DNA of 32,000 nucleotides from Ignicoccus hospitalis KIN4/I (GTDB lineage Archaea; Thermoproteota; Thermoprotei_A; Sulfolobales; Ignicoccaceae): NCBI RefSeq assembly GCF_000017945.1, contig NC_009776.1, positions 1,110,001 to 1,142,000 of the forward strand, read 5' to 3'. Shown piece by piece: positions 8,701 to 16,308 of this stretch (position 1 is its first letter; each line of letters starts with the position of its first letter). The notes under the pieces were generated by a model. It saw only the letters and a program-made list of their open reading frames with translations, ran no database searches and was not told where the DNA came from. The position numbers and the translations under genes were made by a program.

Positions 8701-9571
8701 GACAAACTTCGTGACTACCACAGTAACAAACTTGATCTCGGTAGTCTACACGTCCATCGAGACGGTAGTTATGTCGCTCTTAAGGCCAGTAGAGGTGGTT
8801 AGCACGCTGACCCTTAGCGAGTTCTTGGTGATCGGAGAGGGCGGAAGGACGACGACTCAGACCCTAACTAAGTTGACCAATATACCTATAATGAAGTTCT
8901 TGACGTCAACCGTGTCCACAACAATACTGAGAACAGTGTCGACCACCCTAACTACCACGCTGTTGCAGTTACTTACGCTCTTCAGAACCATGACTTCCGT
9001 AACTACCGTAACGAACCTCGTGCTCTTACCCGCCACGGTAACTCAATACGTCACGCAATCCCTCTTAATACCGTTGACTAAGACCCTCGTCCAGACTACG
9101 ACCGCGATAAGGACTGTCACTAGCTTCGTGACTTCGACCAGCGTCCTAACGACGGTCCTCACCACCTACGCGACCAAGCTCCTCCACGTCCCGTTTACCG
9201 TAACTACCAGCGTGACGCTGACTATCGGGACGACCGTCTTAGTGCCGCTAACCCACCTATTGACAGTCACCACGACGCTCCTACACACAGTCACTACAGT
9301 AGAGATCGTACCGCTGAAGATCACTACCACGCTATTCAACACTATCGCTATGCCAATATTCAAGACCTACTTAAAGACGCTTACTAACTACGTAACTTAC
9401 TTACAAACGTACACTGCGTTAAGTACCGTCACTCTGACGCTCCAACAAGTTCTAGTTAACACAGTAACGACCACAATTACTAACATAGTCACTTTGGTCA
9501 GCAAAGCCTTGGTAGAAATTGTAAACGGAGTCGCTACGACCCTTTCGATACCAGTACTTATATACGGCTAA
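5735..9571 (+). CDS. Large secreted Thr/Val-rich protein of unknown function
   Basis: ATG 5735 gives MERALALIIMMAVSVAALENVTQA, a charged n-region plus hydrophobic core that looks like a Sec-type signal peptide. About 250 aa of normal-composition, helix-like sequence follow. From roughly residue 265 to the C-terminus the protein is T/V/L/I-dominated (TVT, TLT, TETK strings). There is no C-terminal TM segment or sorting motif. One uninterrupted 3.8-kb frame is very unlikely to be non-coding. Confidence 0.85.
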   Translation: MERALALIIMMAVSVAALENVTQAALAHVVPTKPEELKYTYASLVALSLQNFTFSSDFIERLSNKVAELTNASLRLGLYREAAYGLLDLAVLGKGCRELSEGINEVLERGDPIARLVAVRAAEAAKCPYASQLTAPVAREVGDFALKRVGVNNDDALEAYHHLIALGVSSPRLDRWIRKLAVAEYMLLTKFGTKGWRLVPSLALTPDGLGWLYDDLVQRGYPEYKYLSELVEEHFSPTALIGLSLTVAIKTQPTVKTISIMYCNKLFTVTVTTVTTQRITYTTTLVLNKTFITPITLERPVPVIVPVTLRVAGGLAAAGADLPEVPFTTVTNVTFKYDGTTLTTPVTLTLRVPVVSKLDTVLTTSTLVVGNKTYAVTYGTVEALKTVTKLITETVSVTLTKTILSTVTEVERVTSTITTTLINVVYSTVTSIVPLERTISSIITVLKTVTETTSVPVTLTLTKFISEVTTLTSVVPVTVAKLLTTTTTLVRELVVGISKTAYITFTKTLTNTVTETKYVNVTVTVTRPEVLPTTLTKLVTLKETLVVPVTSTVTKALINTVTNVITVTLKESRLIPVVTTTTATLLETLTKFVTSVTTSTLVKVTPVTSLKPVPVYFTTTTTERVTETKVYNVTSTVSVVETHTLTTTLIRELTATIMVPIRETEVLTSTIFHTVTEVITKTVVMPIASFITNTVTTTKTDTVTETVERPVFVTVTAFRTRACNVALLPVNKYITSTTTLVETVLLTTTVTLKTTLTSLIYTTKVLTTTITTEVTKAFSVLSYTTLKTTLTLIKPVTKVLTQTLFNTVTLTTTETKTVVSPVTVTSLETLTSTVYALKAIPVMKTETVTDLLTITKTFERTSVTTRTELVPIKTTLTSEIIKTALEAVPAVTTLTKTVIETETLTALERVTVERPPVTSVLTKTLLLTVPRVSLITTEVTETLTRLETVKEYVTTTKTLTVTRLEEVPVTYRATTILTMPLMKYFTVTKTNFVTTTVTNLISVVYTSIETVVMSLLRPVEVVSTLTLSEFLVIGEGGRTTTQTLTKLTNIPIMKFLTSTVSTTILRTVSTTLTTTLLQLLTLFRTMTSVTTVTNLVLLPATVTQYVTQSLLIPLTKTLVQTTTAIRTVTSFVTSTSVLTTVLTTYATKLLHVPFTVTTSVTLTIGTTVLVPLTHLLTVTTTLLHTVTTVEIVPLKITTTLFNTIAMPIFKTYLKTLTNYVTYLQTYTALSTVTLTLQQVLVNTVTTTITNIVTLVSKALVEIVNGVATTLSIPVLIYG
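6530..9568 (+). repeat. Protein-level degenerate quasi-repeats: T/V-rich strands punctuated by hydrophobic-Pro-(V/I/L) motifs
   Basis: The motif recurs more than 30 times (VPVTL, VVPVT, LIPVV, MVPIR, VMPIA, ERPVF, LLPVN, IKPVT, AIPVM, LVPIK, NIPIM, LIPLT, HVPFT, LVPLT, IVPLK, AMPIF, SIPVL). I could find no exact nucleotide-level tandem repeat by eye. Confidence 0.5.
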
Positions 9572-9637
9572 TTTTGGTCTATACGACTTATACATGTTTA
9601 AAACCCCCGAAGAGGTCGAAGTGTGGGTCCTCCCCAG

Positions 9638-10192
9638 ATGTCTCTCGTAGAGATCAGGTGGCACGGGAGGGGCGGCCAAGGGGCCGTGACGGCCTCCGAG
9701 ATAGTTGCTAAGGCCGCTATAGCCCAAGGGAAGTACGCCCAAGCGTTCCCGTCCTTCGGAGTGGAGAGGAGGGGCGCGCCGGTGGAGGCGTTCACCAGGA
9801 TAGACGAGAAACCGATATACATTAGGTCTAAGATATATGAACCAGACATCATAGTCGTGCTCGATCCGTCCCTCCTCGGCCCCAAGCTGGCCGAGGGGTT
9901 GAAGGAAGGAGGCATGGCTATTGTAAACACCGAAAAGACCCCGGACGAGGTGAGGAAGCTCCTAGGGAGGGAAGACGTTAAGGTAGCTGTGGTGAACGCC
10001 ACTAAGATAGCCCTAGAGACCTTAAAGAGGCCGATAGTCAATACTGCGATACTGGGAGCCTTCGCTAAGGCTACCGGACTCGTTGACTTAGACGCCCTAT
10101 TGGAGGCGGTTAAGGAAAAAGTTCCCCCCAGAACGGTGGAGGCGAACTTGGAAGCCGTCAGGAGGGCCTATGAGGAGGTGGTCATGGGATGA
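9638..10192 (+). CDS. porG: Pyruvate/2-oxoacid:ferredoxin oxidoreductase, gamma subunit
   Basis: [27 protein letters not shown]...[13 protein letters not shown] is the canonical gamma-subunit N-terminus. An upstream in-frame GTG at 9623 is possible. Por versus vor specificity cannot be decided from sequence by eye. Confidence 0.9.
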   Translation: MSLVEIRWHGRGGQGAVTASEIVAKAAIAQGKYAQAFPSFGVERRGAPVEAFTRIDEKPIYIRSKIYEPDIIVVLDPSLLGPKLAEGLKEGGMAIVNTEKTPDEVRKLLGREDVKVAVVNATKIALETLKRPIVNTAILGAFAKATGLVDLDALLEAVKEKVPPRTVEANLEAVRRAYEEVVMG

Positions 10193-10497
10193 TGGAGGAG
10201 AGGCTTCCCGGTTGGAAGGAGCTCCCAGAAGGGGCCGTGGTAAGGGACGCGGGCAACACCGAAACCATAGACGTGAGCGGCTGGAGGGTCTTCAAGCCCG
10301 TAATAATTGACGAGAAGTGCACGAGGTGTAGGCTGTGTTGGATCTACTGTCCCGACGGCGCGATAATAGAGGTCATCGACGAGAAGGCTAAGATGGGGAA
10401 GAGGTACGAGGTAGACTACATGCACTGTAAGGGTTGTGGTATTTGTTACGCCGAATGTCCGGTTAACGCGATCGAATGGGTCCCGGAGGAGAGGTGA
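10189..10497 (+). CDS. porD: 2-oxoacid:ferredoxin oxidoreductase, delta subunit (2x[4Fe-4S] ferredoxin)
   Basis: Two CxxCxxCxxxCP motifs are present ([16 protein letters not shown] and [16 protein letters not shown]). The ATG overlaps the porG stop as ATGA. Confidence 0.9.
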   Translation: MMEERLPGWKELPEGAVVRDAGNTETIDVSGWRVFKPVIIDEKCTRCRLCWIYCPDGAIIEVIDEKAKMGKRYEVDYMHCKGCGICYAECPVNAIEWVPEER

Positions 10498-11684
10498 GAG
10501 CCGTGCCCAGGTTGGCCCTAACCACTAACTACGCCGTAGCCCACGCCGCGAAGGACTCGGACGTGGACGTAGTCGCGGCTTACCCCATAACCCCCTCCAC
10601 GCCGGCCGCGGAGAAGCTTGCGGAGTTCGTAGCTAACGGCGAGATGGACGCGGAGTACATACACGTGGAGTCCGAGCACTCCGCGGCCTCGGCTCTGGTG
10701 GGCGCCTCCGCGACCGGAGCTAGGAGCTTCACCGTAACCGCTAGCCAAGGCTTGGTGTACATGGCAGAAGTGTTATACATAGCTTCCGGCCTGAGGCTGC
10801 CTATAGTGCTCGGCGTGGCCTCTAGGGCCTTGAGCGCGCCCCTGAGCATCTGGGGCGACATGCACGACATAGCAGTGTTGAGGGACGCCGGCATAGTGAC
10901 CTACTTCGTCAGCTCCGCGCAAGAGGCTTACGACACCGTAATACAAGCGTTCAAGGTCGCTGAGGACCCCAGGGTGCACTTGCCGGCGATAGTGGACTAC
11001 GACGGCTTCGTGCTGAGCCACGTGACCGAGCCCGTAGAGACCTTGGAGAAGGAAGAGGTGTTGAAGTACATACCTAAGAAGATAACGTGGAACACGCTGA
11101 ACCCCAAGCACCCCATATCCATGGGTACAGTCGGCGATCCCGACTGGTACTACGAGTTCAAGTACCAGCAACAAGTAGCCATGGAGAACGCGCTAAAGGT
11201 CGCGGAGGAGGCGGACAAGGAGTTCGGCAAGGCCTTCGGGAGGAGCTACGGAATAGTTGAGCCCTTCATGATGGACGACGCGGAGGTGGCTGTAATCGCC
11301 TACGGGGCCCACGCCGGAACGGCGAAGGTAGCCGTGGAGAGGGCGAGGAAGGAGGGCAAGAAGGTCGGCCTGATAAGGTTGAGGCTCTGGAGACCCTTCC
11401 CAGTGCCTCACATGAGGAAGCTGCTGGATAACGTGAGCGTAGTGGGCGTCCTGGACAGAGCTATGAGCCTCGGCGCGCCGCGCCAAGGCCCGGTAGCGCT
11501 GGACGTAATGGCCATGTACGCCAGCGACCCTCAGAACGCCCCGAAGATGGCGAGCTACACCATAGGCATAGGCCAGAGGGACGTGAGGGTTGAAGACATA
11601 CTGACCGTAATAGACCAGCTGCTGGAGTTCGCGAAGGGCAAGGAGGTCCCAGAGAAGACCGTCCCGATAGGACTAAGAGAGTAA
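10494..11684 (+). CDS. porA: 2-oxoacid:ferredoxin oxidoreductase, alpha subunit
   Basis: AAYPITPSTPAAEKLAEFVANGEMDAEYIHVESEHSAASA matches the alpha-subunit signature. I chose GTG 10494, which overlaps the porD TGA as GTGA. ATG 10476 is an alternative start. Confidence 0.9.
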   Translation: MRAVPRLALTTNYAVAHAAKDSDVDVVAAYPITPSTPAAEKLAEFVANGEMDAEYIHVESEHSAASALVGASATGARSFTVTASQGLVYMAEVLYIASGLRLPIVLGVASRALSAPLSIWGDMHDIAVLRDAGIVTYFVSSAQEAYDTVIQAFKVAEDPRVHLPAIVDYDGFVLSHVTEPVETLEKEEVLKYIPKKITWNTLNPKHPISMGTVGDPDWYYEFKYQQQVAMENALKVAEEADKEFGKAFGRSYGIVEPFMMDDAEVAVIAYGAHAGTAKVAVERARKEGKKVGLIRLRLWRPFPVPHMRKLLDNVSVVGVLDRAMSLGAPRQGPVALDVMAMYASDPQNAPKMASYTIGIGQRDVRVEDILTVIDQLLEFAKGKEVPEKTVPIGLRE

Positions 11685-11685
11685 A

Positions 11686-11704
11686 CTTTTTATTTGTAAA
11701 ATCC
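11686..11704 (+). promoter_or_regulatory. AT-rich spacer between porA and porB (T-run and/or internal TATA)
   Basis: CTTTTTATTTGTAAAATCC lies directly after the porA stop, about 40-55 nt upstream of the porB ATG and its SD. Confidence 0.35.
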
Positions 11705-11741
11705 AAAATGGTTAAGGTTCGCTCGTTGGGGGTGAGGAGTT

Positions 11742-12710
11742 ATGGCCCTTAAGGAAGTAGGCCCCATGCAAGAAATTAGGAACCACATGCAAATTCCGAG
11801 GGACGAATACATAGCTGGCGGCCACTCCGCTTGCCAAGGCTGTGGCCACTTCGTGATTATAAGGCACTTGCTAAAGGCAGCTGGTCCCAACACCATAGTA
11901 GTTAACCCGACGGGCTGCGTGGAAGTAGTTACTACTGTGTTCCCCTACAGCTCTTGGAAGGTGCCGTGGATCCACGTAGCCTTCGAGAACGGGGGAGCGG
12001 TGGCCTCGGGAGTAGAGGCCGCCGTGAAGGTGCTTCAGAGGAAGGGCGTCCTCCCCAAGGACGAGCAAATCAACGTAGTGGTCTTCGCGGGCGACGGGGG
12101 TACTGTTGACATAGGCTTCCAGTCGCTCTCCGGCATGTTGGAGAGGGGCCACAAAGTAGTATACGTCCTCTTGGACAACGAAGCTTACATGAACACCGGC
12201 ATTCAGAGGTCCGGCTCTACGCCCTTCGGCGCTTGGACTACCACGACGCCCGTGGGGAAGAGGTGGAAGGGCGAGTGGAGGGTTAGGAAGGACATGATCC
12301 AGATAGCAGTGGCCCACCACATACCGTACGCTGCCACGATAAACCCCGCTTACCCGGTGGACATGTATAACAAGATGGTAAAGGCCCTTAAGGCGGAAGG
12401 GCCGGCGTTCCTACACGCCTACAGCCCGTGCCCCACCGGGTGGAGGTTCGACCCGGCCAAGACCATAGAGGTGGCCAGGCTGGCGGTGCTCACAGGCTAC
12501 TGGGTGCTGTACGAGTACGACCACGGCCAGTACAAAGTAAACGTCCCGGTGTTGAAGAGGAAGCCGATCAGAGAGTTCATAAAGATCCAAGGGAGATTTA
12601 GGCACATGACTGAGGAACAAATAAAGAAGCTGCAAGAGATTGTAGACGAGTACGTGGAGACCATAAACAAGTTGGTGGGTAAGACCGTAATAGGGCCCGT
12701 GGCGGAGTGA
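11742..12710 (+). CDS. porB: 2-oxoacid:ferredoxin oxidoreductase, beta subunit (TPP-binding)
   Basis: Carries GHSACQGCG, PTGCVEVV, WIHVAFENGGAVASG and the GDGG TPP-loop. A Shine-Dalgarno-like GGTGAGGA at 11731-11738 precedes the ATG. Confidence 0.9.
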   Translation: MALKEVGPMQEIRNHMQIPRDEYIAGGHSACQGCGHFVIIRHLLKAAGPNTIVVNPTGCVEVVTTVFPYSSWKVPWIHVAFENGGAVASGVEAAVKVLQRKGVLPKDEQINVVVFAGDGGTVDIGFQSLSGMLERGHKVVYVLLDNEAYMNTGIQRSGSTPFGAWTTTTPVGKRWKGEWRVRKDMIQIAVAHHIPYAATINPAYPVDMYNKMVKALKAEGPAFLHAYSPCPTGWRFDPAKTIEVARLAVLTGYWVLYEYDHGQYKVNVPVLKRKPIREFIKIQGRFRHMTEEQIKKLQEIVDEYVETINKLVGKTVIGPVAE

Positions 12711-12711
12711 G

Positions 12712-13749
12712 TCAGACGGCGAAGGGGTCCCTAACTATTTCTCTCAATAAAGACGTCGCGTAGTAGCCCCTAGGCAACTTGAAGATAAGCGTCACCCTCC
12801 CGTCCCCCCTAGCAAAGCTCTTCACGTAGGTCTCGTAACAAGGTCGCCTAGGGGCCGCCCTCAGGCCGAACTTTTTGAAGAGCTCCAAGGTAACCCCTTC
12901 CTCCTCTAAGAGCTCTTCGTAGCCCTCCGCCCCGGGCCCGGGAAGGGCTTCGGGGCCCTCACAAGGGTCGTCGAACTCGGAGAGCCTCTTGTTGTACAGG
13001 TAGGACTGGTAGGCGTGGAGGAAGAGCTCCGTCAAGCCGCTCTTCTTCAAGGCCCTCTTGGGGGAGCTCCCCCTCAAGAGCTCGAAGGCCACCCTCCTCT
13101 CAACGTCCATGAACTTGGGGGCCCTCAAGTAAGCGCGCGGCCCCTCAGAATAATACTCTAGCCTAACCCTCCTGGCCGCCTCCGACTCCCACGGGGTGGG
13201 CTCGCCCAAGAGGGCCTCCACCGCCTCCTCCCACCTCTCCAAGAGGATCATCTTGCCCACCACGTGGGAGACCGGCCTAGCGGTGCCGAAGCGCTGGTAC
13301 GAGAAGTAGCCCGGGACCTTCACTTTCCCTTCGAGCGAGTGTGGTTTGGAGCACTGAAGGTCTATCACGAACGCGTTGCCCCACATGCGGGCCTTGTTGA
13401 TTGAGCCCCTGCCCAACGGAGTCAAGACCAGGCAGCCCTTCCTAAGCCTCAGCTGAAGGCCTTCGCTGACGACGTCCGAGCTCAAGAGCTGTAACGTAAC
13501 GCCGTTAGCGTCCTTGAGGCCTAAGTGGTACCACTTACCGCCCAAGCGCCTCCTAATTTCCCGGAGGGCGTGGATGGTGTCTATCCCCTCCTTGAGGAGT
13601 AGGTATACGTAGGAGGGGCCCGGGGAGGGCTCCGAGAGCTCTATGACCCGGAACCCCTTGGGCCTGAGGACCCTTCCCTCGCAAGCTTCTAAATTTAGGA
13701 AATACTTCGTCATACCGACGTAATAGTCTATGGGGTGCGGGCGCCTCAT
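12712..13749 (-). CDS. truD: tRNA pseudouridine synthase D
   Basis: 345 aa. It has [11 protein letters not shown] (the catalytic-Asp motif GxKDxxAxTxQ) and YFSYQRFG (the NYFGxQRFG-type motif). Its start overlaps the L14e stop by 4 nt. Confidence 0.8.
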   Translation of the reverse strand: MRRPHPIDYYVGMTKYFLNLEACEGRVLRPKGFRVIELSEPSPGPSYVYLLLKEGIDTIHALREIRRRLGGKWYHLGLKDANGVTLQLLSSDVVSEGLQLRLRKGCLVLTPLGRGSINKARMWGNAFVIDLQCSKPHSLEGKVKVPGYFSYQRFGTARPVSHVVGKMILLERWEEAVEALLGEPTPWESEAARRVRLEYYSEGPRAYLRAPKFMDVERRVAFELLRGSSPKRALKKSGLTELFLHAYQSYLYNKRLSEFDDPCEGPEALPGPGAEGYEELLEEEGVTLELFKKFGLRAAPRRPCYETYVKSFARGDGRVTLIFKLPRGYYATSLLREIVRDPFAV

Positions 13750-14057
13750 AGGTAAGCTCCGAGGGACGGGGGTACCGGCAGCTCCGGCTTTACTTCCTCC
13801 TTCATGAACTCCTCCAAGCCCGCTTGCCTTATCGCCTCGAGCACCTTCGCGTCGTCGGCGCCCTTCTCTATCTCCACCTTCTTGTCCAAGGGCTCCAAGT
13901 GCTTTATGTTCATCCTCCTCCTCTTGACGCCGTTAAGCTCCTTGGGGCCGGTTACCAACACGAACTTGTCGTCTATCAAGTCTACTATGACACACTTCTT
14001 ACCGGCCCTCCTGCCGGCTATTATTACGCATACCCTACCGACCTCGATCGCCGGCAT
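13746..14057 (-). CDS. rpl14e: 50S ribosomal protein L14e
   Basis: [38 protein letters not shown] is a KOW-type L14e N-terminus. Length is 103 aa. Confidence 0.9.
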   Translation of the reverse strand: MPAIEVGRVCVIIAGRRAGKKCVIVDLIDDKFVLVTGPKELNGVKRRRMNIKHLEPLDKKVEIEKGADDAKVLEAIRQAGLEEFMKEEVKPELPVPPSLGAYL

Positions 14058-14106
14058 GTAACTTCGACCCCGGCTGCGCTAGCTTGCAAGGTCTTTAAGG
14101 GTTGCC

Positions 14107-15192
14107 GTGAGGGCGTTCGGGAGCCTCATGGCGCTCGAAGCCTTGGCACTCGTCGCGCTCGTCGCGGCCTCAGTGGTCCCCTACTTCTTGAACAAGTCGA
14201 GCGAGAGGCTGTTCACCCCCTTCCCCGGCTTCGTGGCACTGCGCTTCCCCGTGGAGGGCAAGCCCACCCAAGGCAAGTCTAGAATAGTTGAAGCGTCTTT
14301 GGACTTAGCAATCGTCATCACAGTAATACTAATGCTCATCGGATATACGTTAATCGTACGGACGCTCGTCCCGAAGTCCCCGGCGGGGGGCGCGTTCGTC
14401 CCCTTGATACCTGGGGTCACGGTGCCGGTCAACCTACTGGTGAGTTTAATATGGATAATAGCTATTGCGGTCGTCGTACACGAGCTCTTCCACTACTTGG
14501 CGTGCGTGTGGCAAGGGATAAGGGTGAGGAGCGCCGGAGTGGGGCTGCTGCTCTTCTTTCCAATAGCCTTCGTGGAGCCGGACGAGGAAAACTTGATGAG
14601 GAGCCCTCCGAGGGCCAGGGCACGGGTCTACTCCGCCGGCCCCGCGGCCAACGGAGTTCTCGCCGCCTTGGCGCTAGTCCTTATAACTGTATTGATTGAA
14701 AAGGGAGTGTACGTAATAGACGTGGAAGAGGGCAGTCCCGCGTGGGCGGCTGGGATAAAGAAGGGCGACGTAATAATTGAAGTTAACGGCCAGAGGGTGA
14801 ACAACCTAATAGACCTTAGGAAAGCCATCTCTTCCGGCGAACTGCTGAAGGTCGTGGTCTTGAGGGGGGAGGAGAAGGTCACGTTGCTCGTGAACAAGGA
14901 CGGGAGGGAGAGGATAGGAGTCTACGTGCTGCCTTGGGTGCCCAAGGGCCCCTTGAGGGGCCTCCCCCCAGAAGAGGCCGCGAAGGCTGTACAAACGCTC
15001 TTCTGGACCCACGGGGTCAACTTAGGCCTTGGAGTGGTGAACGCGCTACCGATGTTCATAACTGACGGAGGGAAGTTGGTTTCCGAGGTAAAAAGGGTTA
15101 GGAGGCTTTCCTCCGTAGCGGACGCGTTCCAATTGATCACTGTAATACTGTTCGTCCACGCGTTGGTCGGATCCCTCAGGCCCTTAGCTTGA
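14107..15192 (+). CDS. Site-2 protease family (M50) membrane metalloprotease with PDZ domain
   Basis: Multiple TM segments, an HExxH motif within a TM segment (VVHELFHYLA), and a PDZ-like segment (VIDVEEGSPAWAAGIKKGDVIIEVNGQRV). ATG 14128 is an alternative, possibly leaderless, start. Confidence 0.85.
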   Translation: MRAFGSLMALEALALVALVAASVVPYFLNKSSERLFTPFPGFVALRFPVEGKPTQGKSRIVEASLDLAIVITVILMLIGYTLIVRTLVPKSPAGGAFVPLIPGVTVPVNLLVSLIWIIAIAVVVHELFHYLACVWQGIRVRSAGVGLLLFFPIAFVEPDEENLMRSPPRARARVYSAGPAANGVLAALALVLITVLIEKGVYVIDVEEGSPAWAAGIKKGDVIIEVNGQRVNNLIDLRKAISSGELLKVVVLRGEEKVTLLVNKDGRERIGVYVLPWVPKGPLRGLPPEEAAKAVQTLFWTHGVNLGLGVVNALPMFITDGGKLVSEVKRVRRLSSVADAFQLITVILFVHALVGSLRPLA

Positions 15193-16119
15193 GACGGCCT
15201 CCTCGTATACCCTCTTTATGGCCTCGGCCGCCCTCTTCAGCCTCTCCCTCTCCTCCTCGTTGAGCAGCTGGGGCAGCGGGACCAGCCTCCCGGAGATCTT
15301 GGTGGGAACCGAGACCGCCACCCTCCCCACTCCGGGGACCTCTTGAACCACGGAGACCGGTATTATTCTGCCCTCGTTGGCCAAGTGCGACACGACTATC
15401 TCTTGGAACGTCGCCGCGGGGCCCCATATGGTCGCCCCCTGTTTGGCAATGATCGTCGCCGCGACCTCCTTCACGTACTCCTCTATCCTCGACCTGCTCA
15501 AGTCCAGCCCTTTTTCTTTTATGTACTCATCAATGGGTACGCCCTTCACTGTGACTGTACTCCAAGCCACGAAGGCCTCCTCTCCGTGTTCTCCGACCAC
15601 GTAGCCGTCTATGGCGGCTATCGGCTCGTTAAGCAGCTCGCTGACCGCGCTCCTAAACCTATAGGTGTCCAAGCTGGTCCCGGTGCCTATCACGGTTCCC
15701 TTGTTACCTATTACGTCGCTCAGTATCATGGTCATAACGTCGACGGGGTTGGTGATTACCATGTAGAAAGCTCCGGGGTTCCTGTCCCTAAGCTTGTCGC
15801 CTATATCCCTTATTATTTGAGCATTGACCTTTGCTAAGTCTCTTCTGCTCATATCGGCCTTCCTAGGCTTTCCGGCAGTTATTACGATCGCGTCCGCGTT
15901 CTCCACTTTGGACACGTCGTCGTAGGCCTCCACTTGAATGCTCCTCCGGAAGACCGCTGCGGCGTGTTTGATGTCTTCCATGACGCCCTTGCTGAGGCCC
16001 GGAACGGCGTCGACCAAGACCATCCGGGCGACGCCGGGCACTATAGCCATAGTATAAGCGAAGGTCGCGCCTACCCTCCCGGTTCCTATAACGGCTACCT
16101 TGTACGGGACCCTTGCCAA
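15184..16119 (-). CDS. mdh: Malate dehydrogenase (LDH-like family)
   Basis: Rossmann motif KVAVIGTGRVGAT. The substrate-loop sequence AGKPRKADMSRRDL carries Arg at the discriminating position, which indicates MDH rather than LDH. The 3' end overlaps the convergent protease gene by 9 nt. Confidence 0.9.
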   Translation of the reverse strand: MARVPYKVAVIGTGRVGATFAYTMAIVPGVARMVLVDAVPGLSKGVMEDIKHAAAVFRRSIQVEAYDDVSKVENADAIVITAGKPRKADMSRRDLAKVNAQIIRDIGDKLRDRNPGAFYMVITNPVDVMTMILSDVIGNKGTVIGTGTSLDTYRFRSAVSELLNEPIAAIDGYVVGEHGEEAFVAWSTVTVKGVPIDEYIKEKGLDLSRSRIEEYVKEVAATIIAKQGATIWGPAATFQEIVVSHLANEGRIIPVSVVQEVPGVGRVAVSVPTKISGRLVPLPQLLNEEERERLKRAAEAIKRVYEEAVSS

Positions 16120-16170
16120 CTTGCTCGCCCGGAAAGGGAGGCTCGAGTCAGCTTATACGAGTTTTACAAG

Positions 16171-16176
16171 TATATA
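16171..16176 (+). promoter_or_regulatory. TATA candidates in the divergent mdh / rnp3 intergenic region
   Basis: AAGTATATACAAG has its TATATA at 16171-16176, oriented for the plus-strand gene. GCTTATAC at 16151-16158 reads GTATAAGC on the minus strand, about 35 nt upstream of the mdh ATG at 16119. Confidence 0.35.
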
Positions 16177-16308
16177 CAAGGCCGGGTAGGGGTGTTCGAC
16201 CCCTACCGGCTCCCGGCCTTCCCCGACCGCCCTGCGACGGCCTCGGGCCGGTCCATCCTGGGGGCGAGGAACCTTCAAGGAGGGGACAAAAAAGGAGTGC
16301 GGGCGCCG

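Noticed and set aside
6118-9363. Seven antisense ORFs (65-161 aa) inside the giant gene: 6118-6573, 6574-6849, 7009-7230, 7237-7566, 7624-8040, 8236-8721 and 9166-9363.
   Set aside because: Their V/T/S-rich translations mirror the Thr/Val codon bias of the sense strand (ACN/GTN complements). They tile end to end without promoters or SD sequences. They are shadow ORFs caused by stop-codon depletion.
9598-10041. 147-aa antisense ORF (9598-10041) and 96-aa ORF (9452-9742) over porG and the end of the giant gene.
   Set aside because: They are antisense to a canonical porG coding sequence and have no independent support.
16185-16207. tRNA T-arm-like hairpin (GGGG-TGTTCGA-CCCC), considered as a split or fragmentary tRNA.
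   Set aside because: The loop register does not match TTCRANY on either strand. No acceptor, D or anticodon arms can be built around it.
15934-16308. Long 5' extension of the Rpp30-like ORF (330-aa version).
   Set aside because: It runs antisense through the first 186 nt of the well-supported mdh gene and through the promoter region. The translation is low-complexity P/R/G-rich.
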